Positions 1 to 15,000 of a DNA stretch of 64,000 nt are shown one piece after another. The notes under the pieces were generated by a model. It was not told the origin of the DNA. It saw only the letters and a list, made by a program, of their open reading frames with translations, and searched no databases. The stretch's first letter is position 1, and each line of letters begins with the position of its first letter. The stretch is from Yuukianura sp. NJ FZ-2021 (taxonomy: Eukaryota), in NCBI GenBank assembly GCA_046563655.1, contig CM102290.1, forward strand, positions 2,294,001-2,358,000. Reading direction: 5' to 3'. Made by a program: the position numbers and the translations under genes.

Positions 1-3000
1 TTTAGTAGGAAAATCACTTTTTTTAAATAACATAATTCCAAATTCCAAAAAGTTAAAAGTTTAGTAGGAAAATCACTTTTTTTAAATAACATAATTCCAA
101 ATTCCAAAAAGTTAAAAGTTTAGTAGGAAAATCACTTTTTTAAATACCATAATTCCAAATTCCAAAAAGTTAAAAGTTTAGTAGGAAAATCACTCTTTTT
201 AAATAACATAATTCCAAATTCCAAAAAGTTAAAAGTTTAGTAGGAAAATCACTTTTTTTAAATACCATAATTCCAAATTCCAAAAAGTTAAAAGTTTAGT
301 AGGAAAATCACTCTTTTTAAATAACATAATTCCAAATTCCAAAAAGTTAAAAGTTTAGTAGGAAAATCACTTTTTTTAAATACCATAATTCCAAATTCCA
401 AAAAGTTAAAAGTTTAGTAGGAAAATCACTCTTTTTAAATAACATAATTCCAAATTCCAAAAAGTTAAAAGTTTAGTAGGAAAATCACTCTTTTTAAATA
501 ACATAATTCCAAATTCTAAAAAGTTAAAAGTTTAGTAGGAAAATCACTCTTTTTAAATACCATAATTCCAAATTCCAAAAAGTTAAAAGTTTAGTAGGAA
601 AATCACTCTTTTTAAATAACATAATTCCAAATTCCAAAAAGTTAAAAGTTTAGTAGGAAAATCACTCTTTTTAAATAACATAATTCCAAATTCCAAAAAG
701 TTAAAAGTTTAGTAGGAAAATCACTCTTTTTAAATAACATAATTCCAAATTCCAAAAAGTTAAAAGTTTAGTAGGAAAATCACTCTTTTTAAATAACATA
801 ATTCCAAATTCCAAAAAGTTAAAAGTTTAGTAGGAAAATCACTCTTTTTAAATAACATAATTCCAAATTCCAAAAAGTTAAAAGTTTAGTAGGAAAATCA
901 CTCTTTTTAAATAACATAATTCCAAATTCCAAAAAGTTAAAAGTTTAGTAGGAAAATCACTCTTTTTAAATAACATAATTCCAAATTCTAAAGAGTTAAA
1001 AGTTTAGTAGGAAAATCACTCTTTTTAAATAACATAATTCCAAATTCCAAAAAGTTAAAAGTTTAGTAGGAAAATCACTCTTTTTAAATAACATAATTCC
1101 AAATTCCAAAAAGTTAAAAGTTTAGTAGGAAAATCACTTTTTTTAAATAACATAATTCCAAATTCCAAAAAGTTAAAAGTTTAGTAGGAAAATCACTTTT
1201 TTTAAATAACATAATTCCAAATTCCAAAAAGTTAAAATTTTAGTAGGAAAATCACTCTTTTTAAATAACATAATTCCAAATTCCAAAAAGTTAAAAGTTT
1301 AGTAGGAAAATCACTCTTTTTAAATAACATAATTCCAAATTCCAAAAAGTTAAAAGTTTAGTAGGAAAATCACTTTTTTTAAATAACATAATTCCAAATT
1401 CCAAAAAGTTAAAAGTTTAGTAGGAAAATCACTTTTTTTAAATAACATAATTCCAAATTCCAAAAAGTTAAAAGTTTAGTAGGAAAATCACTCTTTTTAA
1501 ATAACATAATTCCAAATTCCAAAAAGTTAAAAGTTTAGTAGGAAAATCACTCTTTTTAAATAACATAATTCCAAATTCTAAAAAGTTAAAAGTTTAGTAG
1601 GAAAATCACTCTTTTTAAATAACATAATTCCAAATTCCAAAAAGTTAAAAGTTTAGTAGGAAAATCACTCTTTTTAAATAACATAATTCCAAATTCCAAA
1701 AAGTTAAAAGTTTAGTAGGAAAATCACTCTTTTTAAATAACATAATTCCAAATTCCAAAAAGTTAAAAGTTTAGTAGGAAAATCACTCTTTTTAAATAAC
1801 ATAATTCCAAATTCCAAAAAGTTAAAAGTTTAGTAGGAAAATCACTCTTTTTAAATAACATAATTCCAAATTCCAAAAAGTTAAAAGTTTAGTAGGAAAA
1901 TCACTCTTTTTAAATAACATAATTCCAAATTCCAAAAAGTTAAAAGTTTAGTAGGAAAATCACTCTTTTTAAATAACATAATTCCAAATTCTAAAGAGTT
2001 AAAAGTTTAGTAGGAAAATCACTCTTTTTAAATAACATAATTCCAAATTCCAAAAAGTTAAAAGTTTAGTAGGAAAATCACTCTTTTTAAATAACATAAT
2101 TCCAAATTCCAAAAAGTTAAAAGTTTAGTAGGAAAATCACTCTTTTTAAATAACATAATTCCAAATTCCAAAAAGTTAAAAGTTTAGTAGGAAAATCACT
2201 CTTTTTAAATAACATAATTCCAAATTCTAAAAAGTTAAAAGTTTAGTAGGAAAATCACTCTTTTTAAATAACATAATTCCAAATTCCAAAAAGTTAAAAG
2301 TTTAGTAGGAAAATCACTTTTTTTAAATACCATAATTCCAAATTCCAAAAAGTTAAAAGTTTAGTAGGAAAATCACTCTTTTTAAATAACATAATTCCAA
2401 ATTCCAAAAAGTTAAAAGTTTAGTAGGAAAATCACTTTTTTTAAATACCATAATTCCAAATTCCAAAAAGTTAAAAGTTTAGTAGGAAAATCACTCTTTT
2501 TAAATAACATAATTCCAAATTCCAAAAAGTTAAAAGTTTAGTAGGAAAATCACTCTTTTTAAATAACATAATTCCAAATTCTAAAAAGTTAAAAGTTTAG
2601 TAGGAAAATCACTCTTTTTAAATACCATAATTCCAAATTCCAAAAAGTTAAAAGTTTAGTAGGAAAATCACTCTTTTTAAATAACATAATTCCAAATTCC
2701 AAAAAGTTAAAAGTTTAGTAGGAAAATCACTCTTTTTAAATAACATAATTCCAAATTCCAAAAAGTTAAAAGTTTAGTAGGAAAATCACTCTTTTTAAAT
2801 AACATAATTCCAAATTCCAAAAAGTTAAAAGTTTAGTAGGAAAATCACTCTTTTTAAATAACATAATTCCAAATTCCAAAAAGTTAAAAGTTTAGTAGGA
2901 AAATCACTCTTTTTAAATAACATAATTCCAAATTCCAAAAAGTTAAAAGTTTAGTAGGAAAATCACTCTTTTTAAATAACATAATTCCAAATTCCAAAAA

Positions 3001-6000
3001 GTTAAAAGTTTAGTAGGAAAATCACTCTTTTTAAATAACATAATTCCAAATTCTAAAAAGTTAAAAGTTTAGTAGGAAAATCACTCTTTTTAAATAACAT
3101 AATTCCAAATTCCAAAAAGTTAAAAGTTTAGTAGGAAAATCACTCTTTTTAAATAACATAATTCCAAATTCCAAAAAGTTAAAAGTTTAGTAGGAAAATC
3201 ACTTTTTTTAAATAACATAATTCCAAATTCCAAAAAGTTAAAAGTTTAGTAGGAAAATCACTTTTTTTAAATAACATAATTCCAAATTCCAAAAAGTTAA
3301 AATTTTAGTAGGAAAATCACTCTTTTTAAATAACATAATTCCAAATTCCAAAAAGTTAAAAGTTTAGTAGGAAAATCACTCTTTTTAAATAACATAATTC
3401 CAAATTCCAAAAAGTTAAAAGTTTAGTAGGAAAATCACTTTTTTTAAATAACATAATTCCAAATTCCAAAAAGTTAAAAGTTTAGTAGGAAAATCACTTT
3501 TTTTAAATAACATAATTCCAAATTCCAAAAAGTTAAAAGTTTAGTAGGAAAATCACTCTTTTTAAATAACATAATTCCAAATTCCAAAAAGTTAAAAGTT
3601 TAGTAGGAAAATCACTCTTTTTAAATAACATAATTCCAAATTCTAAAAAGTTAAAAGTTTAGTAGGAAAATCACTCTTTTTAAATAACATAATTCCAAAT
3701 TCCAAAAAGTTAAAAGTTTAGTAGGAAAATCACTCTTTTTAAATAACATAATTCCAAATTCCAAAAAGTTAAAAGTTTAGTAGGAAAATCACTCTTTTTA
3801 AATAACATAATTCCAAATTCCAAAAAGTTAAAAGTTTAGTAGGAAAATCACTCTTTTTAAATAACATAATTCCAAATTCCAAAAAGTTAAAAGTTTAGTA
3901 GGAAAATCACTCTTTTTAAATAACATAATTCCAAATTCCAAAAAGTTAAAAGTTTAGTAGGAAAATCACTCTTTTTAAATAACATAATTCCAAATTCCAA
4001 AAAGTTAAAAGTTTAGTAGGAAAATCACTCTTTTTAAATAACATAATTCCAAATTCTAAAGAGTTAAAAGTTTAGTAGGAAAATCACTCTTTTTAAATAA
4101 CATAATTCCAAATTCCAAAAAGTTAAAAGTTTAGTAGGAAAATCACTCTTTTTAAATAACATAATTCCAAATTCCAAAAAGTTAAAAGTTTAGTAGGAAA
4201 ATCACTCTTTTTAAATAACATAATTCCAAATTCCAAAAAGTTAAAAGTTTAGTAGGAAAATCACTCTTTTTAAATAACATAATTCCAAATTCTAAAAAGT
4301 TAAAAGTTTAGTAGGAAAATCACTCTTTTTAAATAACATAATTCCAAATTCCAAAAAGTTAAAAGTTTAGTAGGAAAATCACTTTTTTTAAATAACATAA
4401 TTCCAAATTCCAAAAAGTTAAAAGTTTAGTAGGAAAATCACTTTTTTAAATAACATAATTCCAAATTCCAAAAAGTTAAAAGTTTAGTAGGAAAATCACT
4501 TTTTTTAAATAACATAATTCCAAATTCCAAAAAGTTAAAAGTTTAGTAGGAAAATCACTCTTTTTAAATAACATAATTCCAAATTCCAAAAAGTTAAAAG
4601 TTTAGTAGGAAAATCACTTTTTTTAAATAACATAATTCCAAATTCCAAAAAGTTAAAAGTTTAGTAGGAAAATCACTTTTTTTAAATAACATAATTCCAA
4701 ATTCCAAAAAGTTAAAAGTTTAGTAGGAAAATCACTTTTTTTAAATAACATAATTCCAAATTCCAAAAAGTTAAAAGTTTAGTAGGAAAATCACTTTTTT
4801 TAAATACCATAATTCCAAATTCCAAAAAGTTAAAAGTTTAGTAGGAAAATCACTCTTTTTAAATAACATAATTCCAAATTCCAAAAAGTTAAAAGTTTAG
4901 TAGGAAAATCACTTTTTTTAAATACCATAATTCCAAATTCCAAAAAGTTAAAAGTTTAGTAGGAAAATCACTCTTTTTAAATAACATAATTCCAAATTCC
5001 AAAAAGTTAAAAGTTTAGTAGGAAAATCACTCTTTTTAAATAACATAATTCCAAATTCTAAAAAGTTAAAAGTTTAGTAGGAAAATCACTCTTTTTAAAT
5101 AACATAATTCCAAATTCCAAAAAGTTAAAAGTTTAGTAGGAAAATCACTCTTTTTAAATAACATAATTCCAAATTCCAAAAAGTTAAAAGTTTAGTAGGA
5201 AAATCACTCTTTTTAAATAACATAATTCCAAATTCCAAAAAGTTAAAAGTTTAGTAGGAAAATCACTCTTTTTAAATAACATAATTCCAAATTCCAAAAA
5301 GTTAAAAGTTTAGTAGGAAAATCACTCTTTTTAAATAACATAATTCCAAATTCCAAAAAGTTAAAAGTTTAGTAGGAAAATCACTCTTTTTAAATAACAT
5401 AATTCCAAATTCCAAAAAGTTAAAAGTTTAGTAGGAAAATCACTCTTTTTAAATAACATAATTCCAAATTCCAAAAAGTTAAAAGTTTAGTAGGAAAATC
5501 ACTCTTTTTAAATAACATAATTCCAAATTCTAAAGAGTTAAAAGTTTAGTAGGAAAATCACTCTTTTTAAATAACATAATTCCAAATTCCAAAAAGTTAA
5601 AAGTTTAGTAGGAAAATCACTCTTTTTAAATAACATAATTCCAAATTCCAAAAAGTTAAAAGTTTAGTAGGAAAATCACTCTTTTTAAATAACATAATTC
5701 CAAATTCTAAAGAGTTAAAAGTTTAGTAGGAAAATCACTCTTTTTAAATAACATAATTCCAAATTCCAAAAAGTTAAAAGTTTAGTAGGAAAATCACTCT
5801 TTTTAAATAACATAATTCCAAATTCCAAAAAGTTAAAAGTTTAGTAGGAAAATCACTTTTTTTAAATAACATAATTCCAAATTCCAAAAAGTTAAAAGTT
5901 TAGTAGGAAAATCACTTTTTTTAAATAACATAATTCCAAATTCCAAAAAGTTAAAATTTTAGTAGGAAAATCACTCTTTTTAAATAACATAATTCCAAAT

Positions 6001-9000
6001 TCCAAAAAGTTAAAAGTTTAGTAGGAAAATCACTCTTTTTAAATAACATAATTCCAAATTCCAAAAAGTTAAAAGTTTAGTAGGAAAATCACTTTTTTAA
6101 ATAACATAATTCCAAATTCCAAAAAGTTAAAAGTTTAGTAGGAAAATCACTCTTTTTAAATAACATAATTCCAAATTCCAAAAAGTTAAAAGTTTAGTAG
6201 GAAAATCACTCTTTTTAAATAACATAATTCCAAATTCCAAAAAGTTAAAATTTTAGTAGGAAAATCACTCTTTTTAAATAACATAATTCCAAATTCCAAA
6301 AAGTTAAAAGTTTAGTAGGAAAATCACTTTTTTTAAATAACATAATTCCAAATTCCAAAAAGTTAAAAGTTTAGTAGGAAAATCACTTTTTTTAAATAAC
6401 ATAATTCCAAATTCTAAAAAGTTAAAAGTTTAGTAGGAAAATCACTCTTTTTAAATAACATAATTCCAAATTCCAAAAAGTTAAAAGTTTAGTAGGAAAA
6501 TCACTCTTTTTAAATAACATAATTCCAAATTCCAAAAAGTTAAAAGTTTAGTAGGAAAATCACTCTTTTTAAATAACATAATTCCAAATTCCAAAAAGTT
6601 AAAAGTTTAGTAGGAAAATCACTTTTTTTAAATAACATAATTCCAAATTCCAAAAAGTTAAAAGTTTAGTAGGAAAATCACTCTTTTTAAATAACATAAT
6701 TCCAAATTCCAAAAAGTTAAAAGTTTAGTAGGAAAATCACTTTTTTTAAATAACATAATTCCAAATTCCAAAAAGTTAAAAGTTTAGTAGGAAAATCACT
6801 TTTTTTAAATAACATAATTCCAAATTCCAAAAAGTTAAAAGTTTAGTAGGAAAATCACTTTTTTTAAATAACATAATTCCAAATTCCAAAAAGTTAAAAG
6901 TTTAGTAGGAAAATCACTTTTTTTAAATAACATAATTCCAAATTCCAAAAAGTTAAAAGTTTAGTAGGAAAATCACTCTTTTTAAATAACATAATTCCAA
7001 ATTCCAAAAAGTTAAAAGTTTAGTAGGAAAATCACTCTTTTTAAATAACATAATTCCAAATTCCAAAAAGTTAAAAGTTTAGTAGGAAAATCACTCTTTT
7101 TAAATAACATAATTCCAAATTCCAAAAAGTTAAAAGTTTAGTAGGAAAATCACTCTTTTTAAATAACATAATTCCAAATTCCAAAAAGTTAAAAGTTTAG
7201 TAGGAAAATCACTTTTTTTAAATACCATAATTCCAAATTCCAAAAAGTTAAAAGTTTAGTAGGAAAATCACTCTTTTTAAATAACATAATTCCAAATTCC
7301 AAAAAGTTAAAAGTTTAGTAGGAAAATCACTCTTTTTAAATAACATAATTCCAAATTCCAAAAAGTTAAAAGTTTAGTAGGAAAATCACTCTTTTTAAAT
7401 AACATAATTCCAAATTCCAAAAAGTTAAAAGTTTAGTAGGAAAATCACTTTTTTAAATACCATAATTCCAAATTCCAAAAAGTTAAAAGTTTAGTAGGAA
7501 AATCACTCTTTTTAAATAACATAATTCCAAATTCCAAAAAGTTAAAAGTTTAGTAGGAAAATCACTCTTTTTAAATAACATAATTCCAAATTCCAAAAAG
7601 TTAAAAGTTTAGTAGGAAAATCACTCTTTTTAAATAACATAATTCCAAATTCCAAAAAGTTAAAAGTTTAGTAGGAAAATCACTCTTTTTAAATAACATA
7701 ATTCCAAATTCCAAAAAGTTAAAAGTTTAGTAGGAAAATCACTCTTTTTAAATAACATAATTCCAAATTCCAAAAAGTTAAAAGTTTAGTAGGAAAATCA
7801 CTCTTTTTAAATAACATAATTCCAAATTCCAAAAAGTTAAAAGTTTAGTAGGAAAATCACTCTTTTTAAATAACATAATTCCAAATTCCAAAAAGTTAAA
7901 AGTTTAGTAGGAAAATCACTCTTTTTAAATAACATAATTCCAAATTCTAAAAAGTTAAAAGTTTAGTAGGAAAATCACTCTTTTTAAATAACATAATTCC
8001 AAATTCCAAAAAGTTAAAAGTTTAGTAGGAAAATCACTTTTTTTAAATAACATAATTCCAAATTCCAAAAAGTTAAAAGTTTAGTAGGAAAATCACTCTT
8101 TTTAAATAACATAATTCCAAATTCCAAAAAGTTAAAAGTTTAGTAGGAAAATCACTTTTTTTAAATAACATAATTCCAAATTCCAAAAAGTTAAAAGTTT
8201 AGTAGGAAAATCACTTTTTTTAAATACCATAATTCCAAATTCCAAAAAGTTAAAAGTTTAGTAGGAAAATCACTCTTTTTAAATAACATAATTCCAAATT
8301 CCAAAAAGTTAAAAGTTTAGTAGGAAAATCACTCTTTTTAAATAACATAATTCCAAATTCCAAAAAGTTAAAAGTTTAGTAGGAAAATCACTCTTTTTAA
8401 ATAACATAATTCCAAATTCCAAAAAGTTAAAAGTTTAGTAGGAAAATCACTCTTTTTAAATAACATAATTCCAAATTCCAAAAAGTTAAAAGTTTAGTAG
8501 GAAAATCACTTTTTTTAAATAACATAATTCCAAATTCCAAAAAGTTAAAAGTTTAGTAGGAAAATCACTCTTTTTAAATAACATAATTCCAAATTCCAAA
8601 AAGTTAAAAGTTTAGTAGGAAAATCACTTTTTTTAAATAACATAATTCCAAATTCCAAAAAGTTAAAAGTTTAGTAGGAAAATCACTCTTTTTAAATAAC
8701 ATAATTCCAAATTCCAAAAAGTTAAAAGTTTAGTAGGAAAATCACTCTTTTTAAATAACATAATTCCAAATTCCAAAAAGTTAAAAGTTTAGTAGGAAAA
8801 TCACTCTTTTTAAATAACATAATTCCAAATTCCAAAAAGTTAAAAGTTTAGTAGGAAAATCACTTTTTTTAAATAACATAATTCCAAATTCCAAAAAGTT
8901 AAAAGTTTAGTAGGAAAATCACTCTTTTTAAATAACATAATTCCAAATTCCAAAAAGTTAAAAGTTTAGTAGGAAAATCACTCTTTTTAAATAACATAAT

Positions 9001-12000
9001 TCCAAATTCCAAAAAGTTAAAAGTTTAGTAGGAAAATCACTCTTTGTAAATAACATAATTCCAAATTCCAAAAAGTTAAAAGTTTAGTAGGAAAATCACT
9101 TTTTTTAAATAACATAATTCCAAATTCCAAAAAGTTAAAAGTTTAGTAGGAAAATCACTTTTTTTAAATACCATAATTCCAAATTCCAAAAAGTTAAAAG
9201 TTTAGTAGGAAAATCACTCTTTTTAAATAACATAATTCCAAATTCCAAAAAGTTAAAAGTTTAGTAGGAAAATCACTCTTTTTAAATAACATAATTCCAA
9301 ATTCCAAAAAGTTAAAAGTTTAGTAGGAAAATCACTTTTTTTAAATAACATAATTCCAAATTCCAAAAAGTTAAAAGTTTAGTAGGAAAATCACTCTTTT
9401 TAAATAACATAATTCCAAATTCTAAAAAGTTAAAAGTTTAGTAGGAAAATCACTCTTTTTAAATAACATAATTCCAAATTCCAAAAAGTTAAAAGTTTAG
9501 TAGGAAAATCACTTTTTTTAAATAACATAATTCCAAATTCCAAAAAGTTAAAAGTTTAGTAGGAAAATCACTTTTTTTAAATAACATAATTCCAAATTCC
9601 AAAAAGTTAAAAGTTTAGTAGGAAAATCACTCTTTTTAAATAACATAATTCCAAATTCCAAAAAGTTAAAAGTTTAGTAGGAAAATCACTTTTTTTAAAT
9701 AACATAATTCCAAATTCCAAAAAGTTAAAAGTTTAGTAGGAAAATCACTTTTTTTAAATAACATAATTCCAAATTCCAAAAAGTTAAAAGTTTAGTAGGA
9801 AAATCACTTTTTTTAAATAACATAATTCCAAATTCCAAAAAGTTAAAAGTTTAGTAGGAAAATCACTCTTTTTAAATAACATAATTCCAAATTCCAAAAA
9901 GTTAAAAGTTTAGTAGGAAAATCACTCTTTTTAAATAACATAATTCCAAATTCCAAAAAGTTAAAAGTTTAGTAGGAAAATCACTCTTTTTAAATAACAT
10001 AATTCCAAATTCCAAAAAGTTAAAAGTTTAGTAGGAAAATCACTCTTTTTAAATAACATAATTCCAAATTCCAAAAAGTTAAAAGTTTAGTAGGAAAATC
10101 ACTCTTTTTAAATAACATAATTCCAAATTCCAAAAAGTTAAAAGTTTAGTAGGAAAATCACTCTTTTTAAATAACATAATTCCAAATTCCAAAAAGTTAA
10201 AAGTTTAGTAGGAAAATCACTCTTTTTAAATAACATAATTCCAAATTCCAAAAAGTTAAAAGTTTAGTAGGAAAATCACTCTTTTTAAATAACATAATTC
10301 CAAATTCCAAAAAGTTAAAAGTTTAGTAGGAAAATCACTCTTTTTAAATAACATAATTCCAAATTCCAAAAAGTTAAAAGTTTAGTAGGAAAATCACTCT
10401 TTTTAAATAACATAATTCCAAATTCCAAAAAGTTAAAAGTTTAGTAGGAAAATCACTCTTTTTAAATAACATAATTCCAAATTCCAAAAAGTTAAAAGTT
10501 TAGTAGGAAAATCACTCTTTTTAAATAACATAATTCCAAATTCCAAAAAGTTAAAAGTTTAGTAGGAAAATCACTCTTTTTAAATAACATAATTCCAAAT
10601 TCCAAAAAGTTAAAAGTTTAGTAGGAAAATCACTCTTTTTAAATAACATAATTCCAAATTCCAAAAAGTTAAAAGTTTAGTAGGAAAATCACTCTTTTTA
10701 AATAACATAATTCCAAATTCCAAAAAGTTAAAAGTTTAGTAGGAAAATCACTCTTTTTAAATAACATAATTCCAAATTCCAAAAAGTTAAAAGTTTAGTA
10801 GGAAAATCACTCTTTTTAAATAACATAATTCCAAATTCCAAAAAGTTAAAAGTTTAGTAGGAAAATCACTCTTTTTAAATAACATAATTCCAAATTCCAA
10901 AAAGTTAAAAGTTTAGTAGGAAAATCACTCTTTTTAAATAACATAATTCCAAATTCCAAAAAGTTAAAAGTTTAGTAGGAAAATCACTCTTTTTAAATAA
11001 CATAATTCCAAATTCCAAAAAGTTAAAAGTTTAGTAGGAAAATCACTCTTTTTAAATAACATAATTCCAAATTCCAAAAAGTTAAAAGTTTAGTAGGAAA
11101 ATCACTCTTTTTAAATAACATAATTCCAAATTCCAAAAAGTTAAAAGTTTAGTAGGAAAATCACTCTTTTTAAATAACATAATTCCAAATTCCAAAAAGT
11201 TAAAAGTTTAGTAGGAAAATCACTCTTTTTAAATAACATAATTCCAAATTCCAAAAAGTTAAAAGTTTAGTAGGAAAATCACTCTTTTTAAATAACATAA
11301 TTCCAAATTCCAAAAAGTTAAAAGTTTAGTAGGAAAATCACTTTTTTTAAATAACATAATTCCAAATTCCAAAAAGTTAAAAGTTTAGTAGGAAAATCAC
11401 TTTTTTTAAATAACATAATTCCAAATTCCAAAAAGTTAAAAGTTTAGTAGGAAAATCACTCTTTTTAAATAACATAATTCCAAATTCCAAAAAGTTAAAA
11501 GTTTAGTAGGAAAATCACTTTTTTTAAATAACATAATTCCAAATTCCAAAAAGTTAAAAGTTTAGTAGGAAAATCACTCTTTTTAAATAACATAATTCCA
11601 AATTCCAAAAAGTTAAAAGTTTAGTAGGAAAATCACTTTTTTTAAATAACATAATTCCAAATTCCAAAAAGTTAAAAGTTTAGTAGGAAAATCACTTTTT
11701 TTAAATAACATAATTCCAAATTCCAAAAAGTTAAAAGTTTAGTAGGAAAATCACTCTTTTTAAATAACATAATTCCAAATTCCAAAAAGTTAAAAGTTTA
11801 GTAGGAAAATCACTCTTTTTAAATAACATAATTCCAAATTCCAAAAAGTTAAAAGTTTAGTAGGAAAATCACTCTTTTTAAATAACATAATTCCAAATTC
11901 CAAAAAGTTAAAAGTTTAGTAGGAAAATCACTCTTTTTAAATAACATAATTCCAAATTCCAAAAAGTTAAAAGTTTAGTAGGAAAATCACTCTTTTTAAA

Positions 12001-15000
12001 TAACATAATTCCAAATTCCAAAAAGTTGAAAGTTTAGTAGGAAAATCACTCTTTTTAAATAACATAATTCCAAATTCCAAAAAGTTAAAAGTTTAGTAGG
12101 AAAATCACTCTTTTTAAATAACATAATTCCAAATTCCAAAAAGTTAAAAGTTTAGTAGGAAAATCACTCTTTTTAAATAACATAATTCCAAATTCCAAAA
12201 AGTTAAAAGTTTAGTAGGAAAATCACTCTTTTTAAATAACATAATTCCAAATTCCAAAAAGTTAAAAGTTTAGTAGGAAAATCACTCTTTTTAAATAACA
12301 TAATTCCAAATTCCAAAAAGTTGAAAGTTTAGTAGGAAAATCACTTTTTTTAAATAACATAATTCCAAATTCCAAAAAGTTAAAAGTTTAGTAGGAAAAT
12401 CACTCTTTTTAAATAACATAATTCCAAATTCCAAAAAGTTAAAAGTTTAGTAGGAAAATCACTCTTTTTAAATAACATAATTCCAAATTCCAAAAAGTTA
12501 AAAGTTTAGTAGGAAAATCACTCTTTTTAAATAACATAATTCCAAATTCCAAAAAGTTAAAAGTTTAGTAGGAAAATCACTCTTTTTAAATAACATAATT
12601 CCAAATTCCAAAAAGTTAAAAGTTTAGTAGGAAAATCACTCTTTTTAAATAACATAATTCCAAATTCCAAAAAGTTAAAAGTTTAGTAGGAAAATCACTC
12701 TTTTTAAATAACATAATTCCAAATTCCAAAAAGTTAAAAGTTTAGTAGGAAAATCACTTTTTTTAAATAACATAATTCCAAATTCCAAAAAGTTAAAAGT
12801 TTAGTAGGAAAATCACTCTTTTTAAATAACATAATTCCAAATTCCAAAAAGTTAAAAGTTTAGTAGGAAAATCACTCTTTTTAAATAACATAATTCCAAA
12901 TTCCAAAAAGTTAAAAGTTTAGTAGGAAAATCACTCTTTTTAAATAACATAATTCCAAATTCCAAAAAGTTAAAAGTTTAGTAGGAAAATCACTCTTTTT
13001 AAATAACATAATTCCAAATTCCAAAAAGTTAAAAGTTTAGTAGGAAAATCACTCTTTTTAAATAACATAATTCCAAATTCCAAAAAGTTAAAAGTTTAGT
13101 AGGAAAATCACTCTTTTTAAATAACATAATTCCAAATTCCAAAAAGTTAAAAGTTTAGTAGGAAAATCACTCTTTTTAAATAACATAATTCCAAATTCCA
13201 AAAAGTTAAAAGTTTAGTAGGAAAATCACTCTTTTTAAATAACATAATTCCAAATTCCAAAAAGTTAAAAGTTTAGTAGGAAAATCACTTTTTTTAAATA
13301 ACATAATTCCAAATTCCAAAAAGTTAAAAGTTTAGTAGGAAAATCACTCTTTTTAAATAACATAATTCCAAATTCCAAAAAGTTAAAAGTTTAGTAGGAA
13401 AATCACTCTTTTTAAATAACATAATTCCAAATTCCAAAAAGTTAAAAGTTTAGTAGGAAAATCACTCTTTTTAAATAACATAATTCCAAATTCCAAAAAG
13501 TTAAAAGTTTAGTAGGAAAATCACTCTTTTTAAATAACATAATTCCAAATTCCAAAAAGTTAAAAGTTTAGTAGGAAAATCACTCTTTTTAAATAACATA
13601 ATTCCAAATTCCAAAAAGTTAAAAGTTTAGTAGGAAAATCACTCTTTTTAAATAACATAATTCCAAATTCCAAAAAGTTAAAAGTTTAGTAGGAAAATCA
13701 CTCTTTTTAAATAACATAATTCCAAATTCCAAAAAGTTAAAAGTTTAGTAGGAAAATCACTTTTTTTAAATAACATAATTCCAAATTCCAAAAAGTTAAA
13801 AGTTTAGTAGGAAAATCACTTTTTTTAAATAACATAATTCCAAATTCCAAAAAGTTAAAAGTTTAGTAGGAAAATCACTTTTTTTAAATAACATAATTCC
13901 AAATTCCAAAAAGTTAAAAGTTTAGTAGGAAAATCACTTTTTTTAAATAACATAATTCCAAATTCCAAAAAGTTAAAAGTTTAGTAGGAAAATCACTCTT
14001 TTTAAATAACATAATTCCAAATTCCAAAAAGTTAAAAGTTTAGTAGGAAAATCACTCTTTTTAAATAACATAATTCCAAATTCCAAAAAGTTAAAAGTTT
14101 AGTAGGAAAATCACTCTTTTTAAATAACATAATTCCAAATTCCAAAAAGTTAAAAGTTTAGTAGGAAAATCACTCTTTTTAAATAACATAATTCCAAATT
14201 CCAAAAAGTTAAAAGTTTAGTAGGAAAATCACTTTTTTTAAATAACATAATTCCAAATTCCAAAAAGTTAAAAGTTTAGTAGGAAAATCACTTTTTTTAA
14301 ATAACATAATTCCAAATTCCAAAAAGTTAAAAGTTTAGTAGGAAAATCACTTTTTTAAATAACATAATTCCAAATTCCAAAAAGTTAAAAGTTTAGTAGG
14401 AAAATCACTTTTTTTAAATAACATAATTCCAAATTCCAAAAAGTTAAAAGTTTAGTAGGAAAATCACTTTTTTAAATAACATAATTCCAAATTCCAAAAA
14501 GTTAAAAGTTTAGTAGGAAAATCACTTTTTTTAAATAACATAATTCCAAATTCCAAAAAGTTAAAAGTTTAGTAGGAAAATCACTTTTTTTAAATAACAT
14601 AATTCCAAATTCCAAAAAGTTAAAAGTTTAGTAGGAAAATCACTCTTTTTAAATAACATAATTCCAAATTCCAAAAAGTTAAAAGTTTAGTAGGAAAATC
14701 ACTTTTTTTAAATAACATAATTCCAAATTCCAAAAAGTTAAAAGTTTAGTAGGAAAATCACTCTTTTTAAATAACATAATTCCAAATTCCAAAAAGTTAA
14801 AAGTTTAGTAGGAAAATCACTCTTTTTAAATAACATAATTCCAAATTCCAAAAAGTTAAAAGTTTAGTAGGAAAATCACTTTTTTTAAATAACATAATTC
14901 CAAATTCCAAAAAGTTAAAAGTTTAGTAGGAAAATCACTCTTTTTAAATAACATAATTCCAAATTCCAAAAAGTTAAAAGTTTAGTAGGAAAATCACTGT

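Noticed and set aside
8..17. GGAAAATCAC in each monomer as a Rel/NF-kB-like site
   Set aside because: An imperfect short match in AT-rich DNA with no supporting evidence.
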